Assembly: GCA_964524045.1 (NCBI GenBank)
Contig: CAZGBQ010000003.1
Coordinates: 1,488 to 65,487 of the forward strand
Reading direction: 5' to 3'
Length of the DNA stretch: 64,000 nt
Origin: an uncultured Acidobacteriaceae bacterium
GTDB lineage: Bacteria > Acidobacteriota > Terriglobia > Acidiferrales > UBA7541
Under the pieces are notes generated by a model, which made no database searches, was not told the origin of the DNA, and was given only the letters and a program-made list of their open reading frames with translations. A program made the translations under genes and the position numbers. This document shows positions 16,662-27,301 of this stretch, piece after piece; the first letter of the stretch is position 1; the number at the start of each line of letters is the position of its first letter.

Positions 16662-19631
16662 ATGCAGGCTCATACGCCACTCCCTCCGAGTTCGCATGCG
16701 AAGCCCGTGGACTCGTTTCCCGCTGCGCGCGAACTCCAAAATGAACTGAAGCGAACTGTGCGCGGTGAAGTGCGGTTCGATGCCGGAAGCCGCGCGCTCT
16801 ACGCCACCGACGGATCAAATTATCGGGAGATTCCCATCGGGTTGGTCATCCCGCGTGATGATGAAGACGTGATCGCTGCGGTTGCGGCCTGCCGGAAGTA
16901 TACCGCCCCGGTTCTGGCCCGCGGGGCCGGGACGAGTTTGGCGGGTCAGTGCTGTAACGTGGCTGTGGTGCTGGATTTCACGAAGTATATGAACAGGATC
17001 CTGGAAATCGATCCGCAGCATCGAGTCGCGCGAGTCCAGCCCGGAGTCGTGCTCGATACCTTGCGCAATCGTGCAGAAGTTCATCGGCTAACGTTTGCGC
17101 CGGATCCCTCGACGCACAACCGCTGCACGATTGGCGGGATGATTGGGAACAACTCGTGCGGGACGCATTCATTGCTCGGCGGCAAGACGGTGGACAACGT
17201 CGAAGAACTTCGGATTTTGCTCTACGACGGCTCGGAGATGAAGGTTGGCGCGACAAACGAGCACGAACTGGAGGGAATTATTCATCAAGGCGGCCGTCGC
17301 GGCCAAATCTACAAAGAACTACGGCGCATTCTCGATCAGTCCGGCGACCATATTCGCGCGCAATTCCCGCAGATTCCGCGCCGAGTCTCTGGATACAATC
17401 TCGACGAATTGCTGCCAGAAAAAGGATTCCACGTGGCGCGAGCCCTTGTCGGCAGCGAGGGCACTTGCACCATCGTGCTTGAAGCGACGGTGAAGCTGAT
17501 CCCCAACCCGCAGTACAAAACCCTTGTGGGTCTTGGTTACGCGGACGCATTCGTGGCGGCAGACGAGGTTCCGGAAATTCTGAAATTCCGGCCCATCGGT
17601 CTTGAGGGATTCGAGGGCAGTATCGTCGAGGGCTTGCGGAAAAAAGGCGCGCCAAATCTTGACCTGCTTCCGGTTGGAGGCGGTTATTTGCTCGTGGAAT
17701 TTGGGGGTGACGAAGAGGGCGAAGTGCAAAGCATCGCGCGCCAGCTCATTTCACGGCTAGATAGGCAACATGCCTCCCCCCATACACGCATTTACAATGC
17801 GAGGGAAGCGCGGGCGGTTTGGCAAATCCGGGAGTCCGGTCCGCGGGCAGCAGCTTTTGCGCCGGGCGCGCCCGCAGAATGGGAAGGTTGGGAGGACGCA
17901 GCTGTCGCGCCCGAAAAACTTGGCGCGTACTTGCGGGACATCCGAGCATTGATGAACGAGTTTGGTTACCGAGGGGCATTCTATGGACACTATGGTCACG
18001 GATGCGTTCACATGCGCATCAGTTTTGATCTCCAAAGCGAGAACGGCATCCGCAAATACAGTGAGTTCGTGAAGCGCGCCGCAGACCTCGTGGTGAGTTA
18101 CGGTGGTTCCCTTTCCGGAGAGCACGGTGACGGCCAATCGCGTGGCGCTCTGCTGCCCAAGATGTTCGGGCCTAAGGTGATGAACGCCTTCCGCCAGTTC
18201 AAAGCGGCATGGGACCCCGCCAACAAACTGAATCCTCACAAAGTCATCGACGCGGCACCGCCCACAGAAAATCTGCGGCTCGGCGCGGACTACGAGCCCC
18301 ACGAACCACACACGCATTTTAAGTTTGCAGAGGACAACGGCTCATTTGCACAGGCGACGCTGCGATGCATCGGGCTGGGAGCCTGCCGTAAGACAGACGG
18401 CGGGACCATGTGTCCTAGCTACATGGTGACGCTCGAAGAAGAACACAGCACGCGAGGACGTGCGCACATGCTTTTCGAGTTACTGCAAGGGGAAATCGTG
18501 CGCGACGGCTGGAAGGATGAGCACGTCAAGCGGGCGCTCGACCTATGCCTTTCCTGCAAAGCCTGCAAAAGCGAATGTCCTGCGAACGTCGATGTGGCAA
18601 CTTACAAAGCGGAGTTCTTGTCTCACTACTATGAGAACAAGCGCCGGCCGCTTCAGGCATACGCATTCGGAATGATCGATCGTTGGGCGCGGCTTGCCTC
18701 GATAGCACCGGGCATTATAAATGTCCTCAGCCAGCTGCCCGGCTCGCGTCATCTCCTGCACAAAGCATTGGGGATTGCGTCTCAAAGACGTACCCCGCAG
18801 GTCGCCCCAGTTAGTTTTGTCCGCTGGGCAAAAAAGCATTGCAATTCCATCTTCGGAAAAGAGCACGTGCGTGGAACCAATGCGACCGATAACCAAGTGC
18901 GCCACGTCATTCTTTGGCTCGATACGTTCAATAACTACTTTCATCCGGAAGCTGCACGGGCGGCACTAGGCGTCCTTGAGGACGCTGGTTTCAGCGTTCG
19001 AGCCACGAACAAGCACTTGTGCTGTGGCCGCCCGCTTTACGATTTCGGCATGCTAGTGGCCGCGAAAGAATACCTGCAGCGCATCCTGAATGCGCTTGGT
19101 CCGGAGATTGATGCCGAACTGCCCATCGTGGTCCTGGAACCAAGCTGCGCTTCCGTGTTTCGCGACGAACTTCTCAATCTAATGCCTAACGAGCCGCGCG
19201 CGCAGAAACTGCGAAAGCAAACCTTCCTGCTGGGCGAATTCCTCCAACTCCACGCTCCTTTGTATCAGCCCGGGCAGTTTCCTCAAAAAGTCCTTCTCCA
19301 CGGGCATTGCCACCAAAAGGCGCTTATGAAAATGAGTCACGAGGAATCCTTGCTTCGCAAGATGGGCGTGGAATTGCAGTCGATCGACTCTGGCTGCTGT
19401 GGAATGGCAGGACCATTCGGTTTTCAGAAGGACAAGTTCGAAGTATCACTTGCAATAGGAGAACGAGTACTCGTGCCCGCCGTGCGCAGTGCAGCGCCTG
19501 AGACGATGGTTGTGTCTGACGGTTTTAGCTGCCGCGAGCAGATCTTTCAGGCAACGGGACGTAAAGCGTTTCACTTGGCTGAAGTGTTGCGACTCGCGCT
19601 GGCGCAACAGGCCTCCGACTTAACCAAATAA
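16662..19631 (+). CDS. FAD- and Fe-S-binding D-2-hydroxyacid dehydrogenase (YdiJ / GlcD-GlcF fusion type)
   Basis: RGAGTSLAGQ; GGMIGNNSCG; SGEHGDG; CIGLGAC; CLSCKACKSECP; CCG domains. Confidence 0.92.
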   Translation: MQAHTPLPPSSHAKPVDSFPAARELQNELKRTVRGEVRFDAGSRALYATDGSNYREIPIGLVIPRDDEDVIAAVAACRKYTAPVLARGAGTSLAGQCCNVAVVLDFTKYMNRILEIDPQHRVARVQPGVVLDTLRNRAEVHRLTFAPDPSTHNRCTIGGMIGNNSCGTHSLLGGKTVDNVEELRILLYDGSEMKVGATNEHELEGIIHQGGRRGQIYKELRRILDQSGDHIRAQFPQIPRRVSGYNLDELLPEKGFHVARALVGSEGTCTIVLEATVKLIPNPQYKTLVGLGYADAFVAADEVPEILKFRPIGLEGFEGSIVEGLRKKGAPNLDLLPVGGGYLLVEFGGDEEGEVQSIARQLISRLDRQHASPHTRIYNAREARAVWQIRESGPRAAAFAPGAPAEWEGWEDAAVAPEKLGAYLRDIRALMNEFGYRGAFYGHYGHGCVHMRISFDLQSENGIRKYSEFVKRAADLVVSYGGSLSGEHGDGQSRGALLPKMFGPKVMNAFRQFKAAWDPANKLNPHKVIDAAPPTENLRLGADYEPHEPHTHFKFAEDNGSFAQATLRCIGLGACRKTDGGTMCPSYMVTLEEEHSTRGRAHMLFELLQGEIVRDGWKDEHVKRALDLCLSCKACKSECPANVDVATYKAEFLSHYYENKRRPLQAYAFGMIDRWARLASIAPGIINVLSQLPGSRHLLHKALGIASQRRTPQVAPVSFVRWAKKHCNSIFGKEHVRGTNATDNQVRHVILWLDTFNNYFHPEAARAALGVLEDAGFSVRATNKHLCCGRPLYDFGMLVAAKEYLQRILNALGPEIDAELPIVVLEPSCASVFRDELLNLMPNEPRAQKLRKQTFLLGEFLQLHAPLYQPGQFPQKVLLHGHCHQKALMKMSHEESLLRKMGVELQSIDSGCCGMAGPFGFQKDKFEVSLAIGERVLVPAVRSAAPETMVVSDGFSCREQIFQATGRKAFHLAEVLRLALAQQASDLTK

Positions 19632-19641
19632 CTCTGGAGCC

Positions 19642-20957
19642 CTACTCGATAGTCCGATCCGCGTCGATTAGGAACCAGGCCAAGCCGCTGACACATGTAA
19701 CAAAGGCGGCGAAGTCCAGTGCCTGGGTCCAGCCGAACCGCGTGGCAATCTTGGCCGTCAAAACCGGCGAAAGCCAACCCCCGAGGCTGCCGAAAGTGGT
19801 CATGATTCCTGAAATTGAGGCGGAGCATTTCATGGAAATGTCGTTGCATGTTGTCCACAAGACAGCCGATGCGGCGAAATTGAATCCCGCAGCGAGCGCT
19901 AGCTCGGAAAGAGCCATCGTATTGTTAGCCGTGTGCGTTCCCAACAACAGGAATAGCGCTGAAGCCGCAATGCCCAGCCAAGCGCACACACCCTTCGCCC
20001 GCGGCGCGTCCCCATTCTCGCTGCCGCAACATCCGCTAGCCATCCCCAAAGAGGAACAATTAGTAGGTTCGCGACAAATGGCGCGGAGCCCCAAAGGCCA
20101 GCTTTGGAAACTGTGACACCACGGACCTTGACAAGATAGAGAAAAAACCAGGTCACAAAAATATACACAGGGTATACCAAACAAAAGTGGCTGGCCATCA
20201 GTCCCCGGACGGAAGGGCTTGAAAGGACTCTGCGCCACGGGACACGTGCCTTTGCCAGAGGCAGCGCCTTCGTTGCGGACTTCGCGGAGCCTTGGATAAG
20301 TTCCAGCTCAGCTGCATTGACACGCGGATTTTCTTCCGGGCGATTCGTAACATAGAAATAACAAGCGGCTGCGACGACACCGCCGACAATGGCAGAAAGA
20401 AGAAAAGGCCATCGCCAACCCCAGTTCTTTGCAAGCCAGGTAATGAGGATAGGCGCGGCCACTCCGCCGGCTCCTACGCCCGAGAGAAATACACTCGTTC
20501 CGAACCCGCGCTCTTTCGGCCCTAGCCAATATCCCATCACTTTATTGCCGACGGGAATAGCTGCCGCCTCACCCGTGCCCAGTCCAAAGCGAACCATTGC
20601 AAACGCCCAAGCTGCCCCGAATGAGCCTAGAACCGGCAACTTCGGCGCGACGGCAGTAAGTCCCGCAAAAACCGAGAACCACAAGATGGCACCCCCCAGG
20701 ACTTTGCGTGGTCCAAAGCGGTCTGCCAGCCATCCGCCCGGTATGTGGAAGATGGCGTATCCCAAGCTGAACGCGCCCAGGATCCAGCCCATCGTTTCTG
20801 TGTCGAACTTGTATTCCTCCTGGACATACTTGGCGACGATACCGAGATTCAGCCGATCGATGTACGTCAATCCAGCGGTCATCCCCAAGAGCACGACGAC
20901 ACCCCAGCGTGCGTACGTTGCTTTAACGCTCGTGGTGGCCAGTGGATCCAACGGCAC
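19642..20957 (-). pseudogene. ACS-family MFS transporter split by an apparent +2 frameshift
   Basis: ORF 20957-19899 gives the N-terminal part and ORF 20238-19642 the C-terminal part; they join at a short (TG) run, 19985-19991. Confidence 0.8.
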
Positions 20958-20975
20958 CTGTTTTACGGCGGTGTC

Positions 20976-22016
20976 TTACGGCTGTACTTGGTAAACGCGC
21001 ACTTCGGCATTCTTCTGGCTGTGATGCGGAACTGCCAGATAGTAGCGGTGCAGCTCGGGAACTAAGATGGCTGTTTTGGCGCGGAAGCTCCCGGGTATTC
21101 TTGCCAACAGAGAATAATGGTCAGCATCCTTCTGTTCGAAAACATCGACGTACCGATCGCCGGATAGATATAGGCGCCTTTGTCTTGCATCGTAAGCCAT
21201 GTCATCCACCATGCCGACAGTAGGAACGAGGGCGATCACCTTGCCATCATTGGAATTGAGTGCGATCAACTTGCCTGGTTGGCGTGTGACTACCAATAGG
21301 CGGCTGTTCGCTTCGTCCAATGCAAGCGCAACGTTTTGCTTCGCCCCCTCTGGTAGCGGCCAAGTGGCCAGCAGGGCTCCCGTATTTCGATCAAACACGC
21401 CCACGGAATCCTTGCCGGTGATGTTGCAAAATAGCCGGGGGCCGTTCTTTTCAAGAGCCATCGCTTCGACTCGATCCGAGTCCACCTTGATGTCCTTAAC
21501 TTTGTGAGCGGCACTCGTGTCCACCGCCGAAATGAAGGAATAAGGAGTTTTCGCACCCCTGCCGCCGTTCACGACGTACATGTATTTCGTCGCACTGTCG
21601 TAAACCATGGAATCCGCGTCCGCAGCCAAATCAATTCGGCCGACTTGCTTATAGCTATCGGTATCGAAAACTTTCACAGCAGAGTCGTTCCCGTCCACTA
21701 CGAACAATTTCTTGAGGTCCCGCCGAAAAAGAACAGAATGGGGTGCCTTAACATCGGCGACGATATGAATGAGTTTGTTTGTGTTTGTGTCGAGAACCAA
21801 AACCTTTTCGTTCTCTTCCGCGGTCAAAAACAGTCGATGTCCTTCCACATCTGCAGCAAAGTGATCGAAGTCGCCGTCATGAAGCCCGGGCAAGGGAATC
21901 ATCGCGACGAGCTTTAAAGGTGCCTTTGACTGACCTTTCGTCGCGCTCTGGACCTGAGCCTTCGCGCAAAACCCAGGCGCAAGCATCGCAACCATTACAA
22001 ATGCAATTCGTCTCAT
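20976..22016 (-). CDS. secreted YncE-family beta-propeller
   Basis: SD GGAGG; signal peptide; GDFDHF; repeated blade motifs; ends EVRVYQVQP. Confidence 0.85.
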   Translation of the reverse strand: MRRIAFVMVAMLAPGFCAKAQVQSATKGQSKAPLKLVAMIPLPGLHDGDFDHFAADVEGHRLFLTAEENEKVLVLDTNTNKLIHIVADVKAPHSVLFRRDLKKLFVVDGNDSAVKVFDTDSYKQVGRIDLAADADSMVYDSATKYMYVVNGGRGAKTPYSFISAVDTSAAHKVKDIKVDSDRVEAMALEKNGPRLFCNITGKDSVGVFDRNTGALLATWPLPEGAKQNVALALDEANSRLLVVTRQPGKLIALNSNDGKVIALVPTVGMVDDMAYDARQRRLYLSGDRYVDVFEQKDADHYSLLARIPGSFRAKTAILVPELHRYYLAVPHHSQKNAEVRVYQVQP

Positions 22017-22049
22017 CCTCTTCCTCCAGTTGAGCGGCATCCGCCGCTG

Positions 22050-23585
22050 TTAACGCGCCGCCGAACGCGATATCCGCTCAAAGTCGATTCCTGGCAACAA
22101 AGGTGTTTTTTCTATGCGCACTGCATCTAGGGAAGCGGGGTCCAGCCCCAGTGCTCTCAAAATGCTTGGAGCTATTTGCGACGTTTGCACTGGAAATTTG
22201 ATTTGCGTGCGGCTGAACGCTGGGTAGTACACCAGGAGGGCGACATTTCTATCCGTATCCGCGTTCCCGCCGTGCTCGGCAATGAATGCGCTAGAAGAGT
22301 CCGCGTAGATCTGGCCGGGGATCGGCTGGAGTATGATGTCCGGTACACGTGGATCTTTTTGGGGATCATTGAACAGCAGCTTTAATGATTCGCCTGCGTA
22401 GATTTCCTGAATGCCGGCTTTTTCCTGCATTCTTCGCAGCGCTTCCACTACATCGGTTGTGCGGCTCTGATCGGAGAGCCAAAGCAGCGCCACGCTCCCG
22501 TCCTGTTCGATCCCCGCCAAAAGTCCTTTACTTACTGCCGCAACTGTGTAGGGGATAAGTTCCAGGTCAGCGTGCTTAAGCTTTGAAGGGTCTATGGGAG
22601 AATCGCCGTGCTTGGCGGTAACAATGAGGAGTGTGGAATCCAACAATCCGGCCCCCTGAAGTCTGGCCACAATCTTCCCAATGCTCTGGTCGGTATGGGT
22701 TAAGGCTTCCTCCAAGATGGGGCTTGGCTTACCGCTGCCATCAACGTAGCCGCCGCCAGCCGTCTTCTGCGCGACACTTACTGCTTGGAAGTTCAAGCCG
22801 AAAATGGCAGGAACACCTACCTTCTTGGTTCCGGCATGATCTTTGCCCTCAATCTGGTTTAAGATCGCTGCTACCTTTAGGTCGTCGTATGATTCGACAT
22901 TCTTGACCCCGCGGAAAGCGCGAACTTCCGGAGTGAAGAGATCATCGACTCCTGTGCCGGAAGGCCCGTTCACGAAATCGTATGCCGGATGCTTGTCAGC
23001 CCAGGCTGTTCTCCCACCGCTTCTTTTGATCACCTCGAAAACGGTATTCACTCGAATAAAAGCATGTGGAAAAACCGGCGAGCATCCTTTGTTGGGATCA
23101 CGCGGCAGCCTGCTCGGATCTATTCCGCCTCCGCCATCGGCCGCATCGCGATTCTTATCAATCGACGAATCGTAAATGATGGCCGTTCCAACCTTGGAGC
23201 AATCAGAACCAGGCGGTGAGAGACTGCGGTCGTACGAGTTCTCAAAAATGACGCCGGTTACGTTGGGGGACCCGCCCGTCAACATTGAGAGGAGGCCTGG
23301 CCAGGAATTGGAAGGGAATGCTGTGTAGGCGTTCGAGTAAGTAACTGCATGCTGGCTGAGTTTCGCAAGGGCAGATTCGGAATCATTTCTCACTAGATTG
23401 GCCAGGTCTAGGCTGTGCATTCCGTCAATGCTGAGTAGCAAGACGCGCTGAACAGAGGGACCCTGCGTAGGTGTTTGTTTCTGTGATGATTGCGCCTCCG
23501 TCCACGCGACCACCAAAAGCGAGGGGGCGCATGCCAAAATCACCTGCAAAGCGGCAAGCCGCTTTTTTCTACCGTCTCTTTTCAA
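22050..23585 (-). CDS. secreted alkaline phosphatase superfamily (NPP-like) protein
   Basis: LLLSIDGMH; FPSNSWPG; TAKHG; AEHGG. Confidence 0.82.
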   Translation of the reverse strand: MKRDGRKKRLAALQVILACAPSLLVVAWTEAQSSQKQTPTQGPSVQRVLLLSIDGMHSLDLANLVRNDSESALAKLSQHAVTYSNAYTAFPSNSWPGLLSMLTGGSPNVTGVIFENSYDRSLSPPGSDCSKVGTAIIYDSSIDKNRDAADGGGGIDPSRLPRDPNKGCSPVFPHAFIRVNTVFEVIKRSGGRTAWADKHPAYDFVNGPSGTGVDDLFTPEVRAFRGVKNVESYDDLKVAAILNQIEGKDHAGTKKVGVPAIFGLNFQAVSVAQKTAGGGYVDGSGKPSPILEEALTHTDQSIGKIVARLQGAGLLDSTLLIVTAKHGDSPIDPSKLKHADLELIPYTVAAVSKGLLAGIEQDGSVALLWLSDQSRTTDVVEALRRMQEKAGIQEIYAGESLKLLFNDPQKDPRVPDIILQPIPGQIYADSSSAFIAEHGGNADTDRNVALLVYYPAFSRTQIKFPVQTSQIAPSILRALGLDPASLDAVRIEKTPLLPGIDFERISRSAAR

Positions 23586-24450
23586 CCGTTTGCTCCTCGA
23601 TGCGGTAGTACTCCTCCAAGCCGATCGCGTCTTCCAACTCTTTGCGAATTCTTACAAACGTTTCTTGGTCCATTCCAGTTCGGCCAGTCTTCTTCAGGTT
23701 TTCGAAAAGTTCCCGCACGCTCTTGTAAACTACAGTGATCGCACTGATGGCATCGTTCACCATCTTGTAGCCCATGGTTTCCAGGTCCCCGATCGGGAAA
23801 ATTGGTCTTCCCAGACGGTTGCCTTCGCTATTTACGAAGATCAAAGGCCCGCGCACAGCGGCCGGCGCCTTGCGGGCTTCTTCCGCAGTATTGGGGAACA
23901 GCATGACCATGTCCGCGCCCGCCTCTACGTACAAGTTCGCCCGGCGAACGGCCTCCTCGAATCCTTCAGTCAGCATTGCGTCGGTACGTGCCGCGATCAC
24001 AAAATCCGGATCGCGCCGGGCGCGCCCAGCACAGCGAATCTTCTGGCACATGTCCTCGGCTGAGATCAGGTGCTCGACGCCTTTGTGATAGTGAGCGCGT
24101 TTGGGGTAGACCTGATCCTCAATGTGAAGGGCAGCGGCGCCGGCACGCTCAAACTCCTGAATAGTACGGATCACATGAACAGGGTCGCCGTAACCCGCTC
24201 CACCGTCTACCATCAACGGGATCGAAACTGCCGCGGTGATGCGCCGCGTAGCTGTCAGGGCCTCCTCTAAGCTCAGCAAAGGCTCCGGAACGCAGAAGCT
24301 AGCGCCGAGGGCGTAACCACCCAGGTCAAGGCAGCGGAACCCAACTTGCTCGGCGATTCGCGCTGTAAGCGGGTCGTAGGCGATCGGCGCATGGATGATG
24401 CCAGGGCGCCGCAGCATTTCGCGAAACACGCTGGTCATTCGGTTCGCCAT
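23569..24450 (-). CDS. isocitrate lyase/PEP mutase family enzyme
   Basis: SD CAGGAGA; AYDPLTARI; VDGGAGYG; HIEDQ; ARTDA; AGAD. Confidence 0.88.
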   Translation of the reverse strand: MANRMTSVFREMLRRPGIIHAPIAYDPLTARIAEQVGFRCLDLGGYALGASFCVPEPLLSLEEALTATRRITAAVSIPLMVDGGAGYGDPVHVIRTIQEFERAGAAALHIEDQVYPKRAHYHKGVEHLISAEDMCQKIRCAGRARRDPDFVIAARTDAMLTEGFEEAVRRANLYVEAGADMVMLFPNTAEEARKAPAAVRGPLIFVNSEGNRLGRPIFPIGDLETMGYKMVNDAISAITVVYKSVRELFENLKKTGRTGMDQETFVRIRKELEDAIGLEEYYRIEEQTVEKRR

Positions 24451-24466
24451 TCGTCTCCTGCCAACA

Positions 24467-25837
24467 TCACGATGAGGCATTCATGCCGCTGAGCTCGCCG
24501 CTCTGAATTGGGACATGTGATTCTTGCGCACCATTGCCTTCGTTCTCGGCTTCCAGACTGCTGCCCGCATCCACGAAAATCCAAAGAATAGCTCCAGCAA
24601 AACTCGCGCAGGCTGCGACGTCGAGCGCTCTGGGCCAGCCAAAGGCAGTGGCAACGTACGCAGTCACGACTGGGGCCATAAACCCGGCCGTATTCGCGAA
24701 CATATTCATCAACCCGGAAAGTGAGCCGGCATGTTGCGGAGCCAAATCAATGGAGGCGGCCCACCAACTAGGGGCGGCAAAGCTATTAAAGCCTGCTGCG
24801 AGAGCCAACAGCAGGATCGCAGAGACATTGTTCGCAGCGTGACCGCCGGCCCACAAGAGCAGGCCGGAAGAAACCATTCCGATCCACGCCATGCTTTGCC
24901 GTCCCCTGCGGCGTCCCCAGTGGTCTACGGCTCTGTCCGAAAGCAAGCCACCCAACAACGCCATTATCGTCATGGCAGCAAAGGGAGAGGCTCCCCACCA
25001 TCCGCTCCTTGTGACCGTCAAGCCCCGGACGCGAGTCAGATAAGGAAAAAACCACGTGAAAAAGATGTACGGCGTATACCCATGGAAAAAGTAGCTCCCA
25101 ATCAGCGCCCAAACAGAGCTGCTCCGAAAAATCTTCCGCCAAGGCGTGACCTGGAGCGAGAAAGAATGGGCATCTCCGCAGTGCACTGCCGACTGTAGAA
25201 TCTCAAGTTCCGCCGAGTTGATAGATGGATGATCCGCCGGCCGATTGGTCGAATAAGAAAACCAAAGAAGGGAAACTATGGAGGCCAGTGCGCCGGAGAT
25301 CAAAAAAGTGGAGCGCCAGCCCCATCCTTGCATCGTGGCACCGAACAGAATCGGAGCAAGCACGCCGCCAGCGCCTACTCCTCCTAACAGCAGACTGCTT
25401 CCCACTCCGCGGCCTCCCCTAGCGGTCCAGCAGGACACGACTTTGTTCGCATTTGGATAGCTAGCCGCCTCGCCAGCGCCGGTCAAGAATCGAATCGCAG
25501 CAAATGCCCATCCCATTTTCCACAGCGACTTAAAGTGAAACAGTGGAACCAAAGTCAGGAACACTGTTGTGCCGGACCAGCAAAGAATGGCCAAAGTTAG
25601 CATCCTATGCGGTCCAAAGCGGTCTCCCGCCCACCCCCAGGGAATTTGGAACAGCGCGTATCCGAGGCCAAACGCTCCGAGAATCCATCCCATCGTCTGC
25701 GTGGAAAAGGAGAACTCTTCCTGAAGATATTTCACAGCAATCCCGAGATTAAGCCGCCCGAAAGCGGTTACGATCATGATGGATGTAAGGATGGCGAGAA
25801 TGTACCAACGCACGTGGGTCGAACTCTGACTAACCAT
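24467..25837 (-). CDS. MFS transporter, ACS family
   Basis: RLNLGIA; FGLGYALFQIP; GAGEAASYP; paralog of 19642-20957. Confidence 0.9.
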   Translation of the reverse strand: MVSQSSTHVRWYILAILTSIMIVTAFGRLNLGIAVKYLQEEFSFSTQTMGWILGAFGLGYALFQIPWGWAGDRFGPHRMLTLAILCWSGTTVFLTLVPLFHFKSLWKMGWAFAAIRFLTGAGEAASYPNANKVVSCWTARGGRGVGSSLLLGGVGAGGVLAPILFGATMQGWGWRSTFLISGALASIVSLLWFSYSTNRPADHPSINSAELEILQSAVHCGDAHSFSLQVTPWRKIFRSSSVWALIGSYFFHGYTPYIFFTWFFPYLTRVRGLTVTRSGWWGASPFAAMTIMALLGGLLSDRAVDHWGRRRGRQSMAWIGMVSSGLLLWAGGHAANNVSAILLLALAAGFNSFAAPSWWAASIDLAPQHAGSLSGLMNMFANTAGFMAPVVTAYVATAFGWPRALDVAACASFAGAILWIFVDAGSSLEAENEGNGAQESHVPIQSGELSGMNASS

Positions 25838-26049
25838 TTCTGTTGCTCCACCACGTAATAGTTTCGCCGAATGCTAGACGATGGCTGGCATTTTTCACCA
25901 ACTGGTACGGCCGCCACGCGGCGGATGCTACGATATGGTCGGTGCCCCGTCAACGAATGCGGGTCTGGTGGCAAGCTGGCCTTTGCTCGAATTTGCGACA
26001 ACCCGGCTTTTCACGGCAAAAATTGCACAAAGCAATTCACAAGCTAAAC

Positions 26050-26098
26050 AGAAATTAATCCTGCCTTAAGTTCGCTTGTTAGAGCGTGAATTATGCTC
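26050..26098 (+). promoter_or_regulatory. direct-repeat activator box plus -10 element (copy 2)
   Basis: AGAAATTAA-TCCTGCC-TTAAGTTCGC, then TATGCTC at 26092. Confidence 0.7.
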
Positions 26099-26178
26099 TG
26101 GCTTGTCGGATCAGGGCGCCGAATTCCAAATTGTCCGATTTAATTCGCAATCAAACTGCCCAACTATAGGAGAACGTA

Positions 26179-27189
26179 ATGAAGCAACTTCTCTTGACCT
26201 TTGCGATTGTCACCTTAACGTTTGCGACCAGAGTTCAATGCGACGAGAAGGCCCCACTTAAGCTAGTTCAAACGTTAAATCTGTCTGCTGATGCGACGGG
26301 GCAATTTGATCACTTCGGCGTCGATCTCAAAAATGGAAGGCTCTTTGCGACCCCGGAAGCCTCGCACTCCGTGCGCGTCTTCGACCTGAAAACTGGCAAG
26401 CCAATCCACACGATCGAAGGAATCGGCAAGCCCCATGCCGTCCTTTATCGCCAAGACTTGAACCGCATTTACATTACGGACGGAGATGCAGGTGACCTCA
26501 AGATTTTCGACGGTGCCAATTACAAATTGCTCTCCAGCGTAAAGCTCCTGGAGGACGCCGATTCCATCGGTTACGACTCAAAAACCAGGTATCTCTACAT
26601 CGATAATGGCGGAGGCGATGTCCATCAGACGTACTCCATGCTCAGCGTGGTTGATACGACCGCGGGCAAGAAGCTGGCCGACATCAAGATCGATGGGGAA
26701 ACGCTTGAAGCGATGTCGCTGGAAACGGGGAGTCCAAAACTGTATGTCAACAACAAGGCCAAGAACCAGATCACCGTTGTGGATCGAAACACGCGCGAAA
26801 TCCTCGCGAGCTGGCCGGTAACAAAGTGCAAGGTCAACGTCGCTATGACCTTGGATGAAGCGGACCAGCGCTTGTTTACGGCGTGCCGCAGCGGAGAGAT
26901 GGTTGTTTTCGACACCCAGAATGGGAAAGAGGTCACCGTCCTCCCCATCACCAAGGGTGTGGATGACATCGTGTATGATGGCGCCAGCAAGCGCGTGTAC
27001 GCCGCGGGAGACGGTAGTGTAGATGTTTATCAACAGACGGATCCGGACAACTACAAACTGCTTGGAAATATTCCTACGGGTAAGATGGGCAGAACCGCAC
27101 GCCTCGTCCCCGAACTGAAGCGCTACTTTGTGGCCGTTCCGAAGCATGACGCCGAGAACGCTAAGATTCTGATCTACGAAGTCCAATAG
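26179..27189 (+). CDS. secreted YncE-family beta-propeller
   Basis: SD AGGAGA; signal peptide; GQFDHF; GRTARLVPEL. Confidence 0.88.
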   Translation: MKQLLLTFAIVTLTFATRVQCDEKAPLKLVQTLNLSADATGQFDHFGVDLKNGRLFATPEASHSVRVFDLKTGKPIHTIEGIGKPHAVLYRQDLNRIYITDGDAGDLKIFDGANYKLLSSVKLLEDADSIGYDSKTRYLYIDNGGGDVHQTYSMLSVVDTTAGKKLADIKIDGETLEAMSLETGSPKLYVNNKAKNQITVVDRNTREILASWPVTKCKVNVAMTLDEADQRLFTACRSGEMVVFDTQNGKEVTVLPITKGVDDIVYDGASKRVYAAGDGSVDVYQQTDPDNYKLLGNIPTGKMGRTARLVPELKRYFVAVPKHDAENAKILIYEVQ

Positions 27190-27301
27190 GTTTCAGAAAT
27201 CTCGAATACGGATCTGAGAGCGGCGAAATTCGGTTGAGTTTGCTACTTGTCTCCGCACAACTTTCGTCGCTTGTGTGATGATATGATTTTGGCGTTTTGA
27301 A

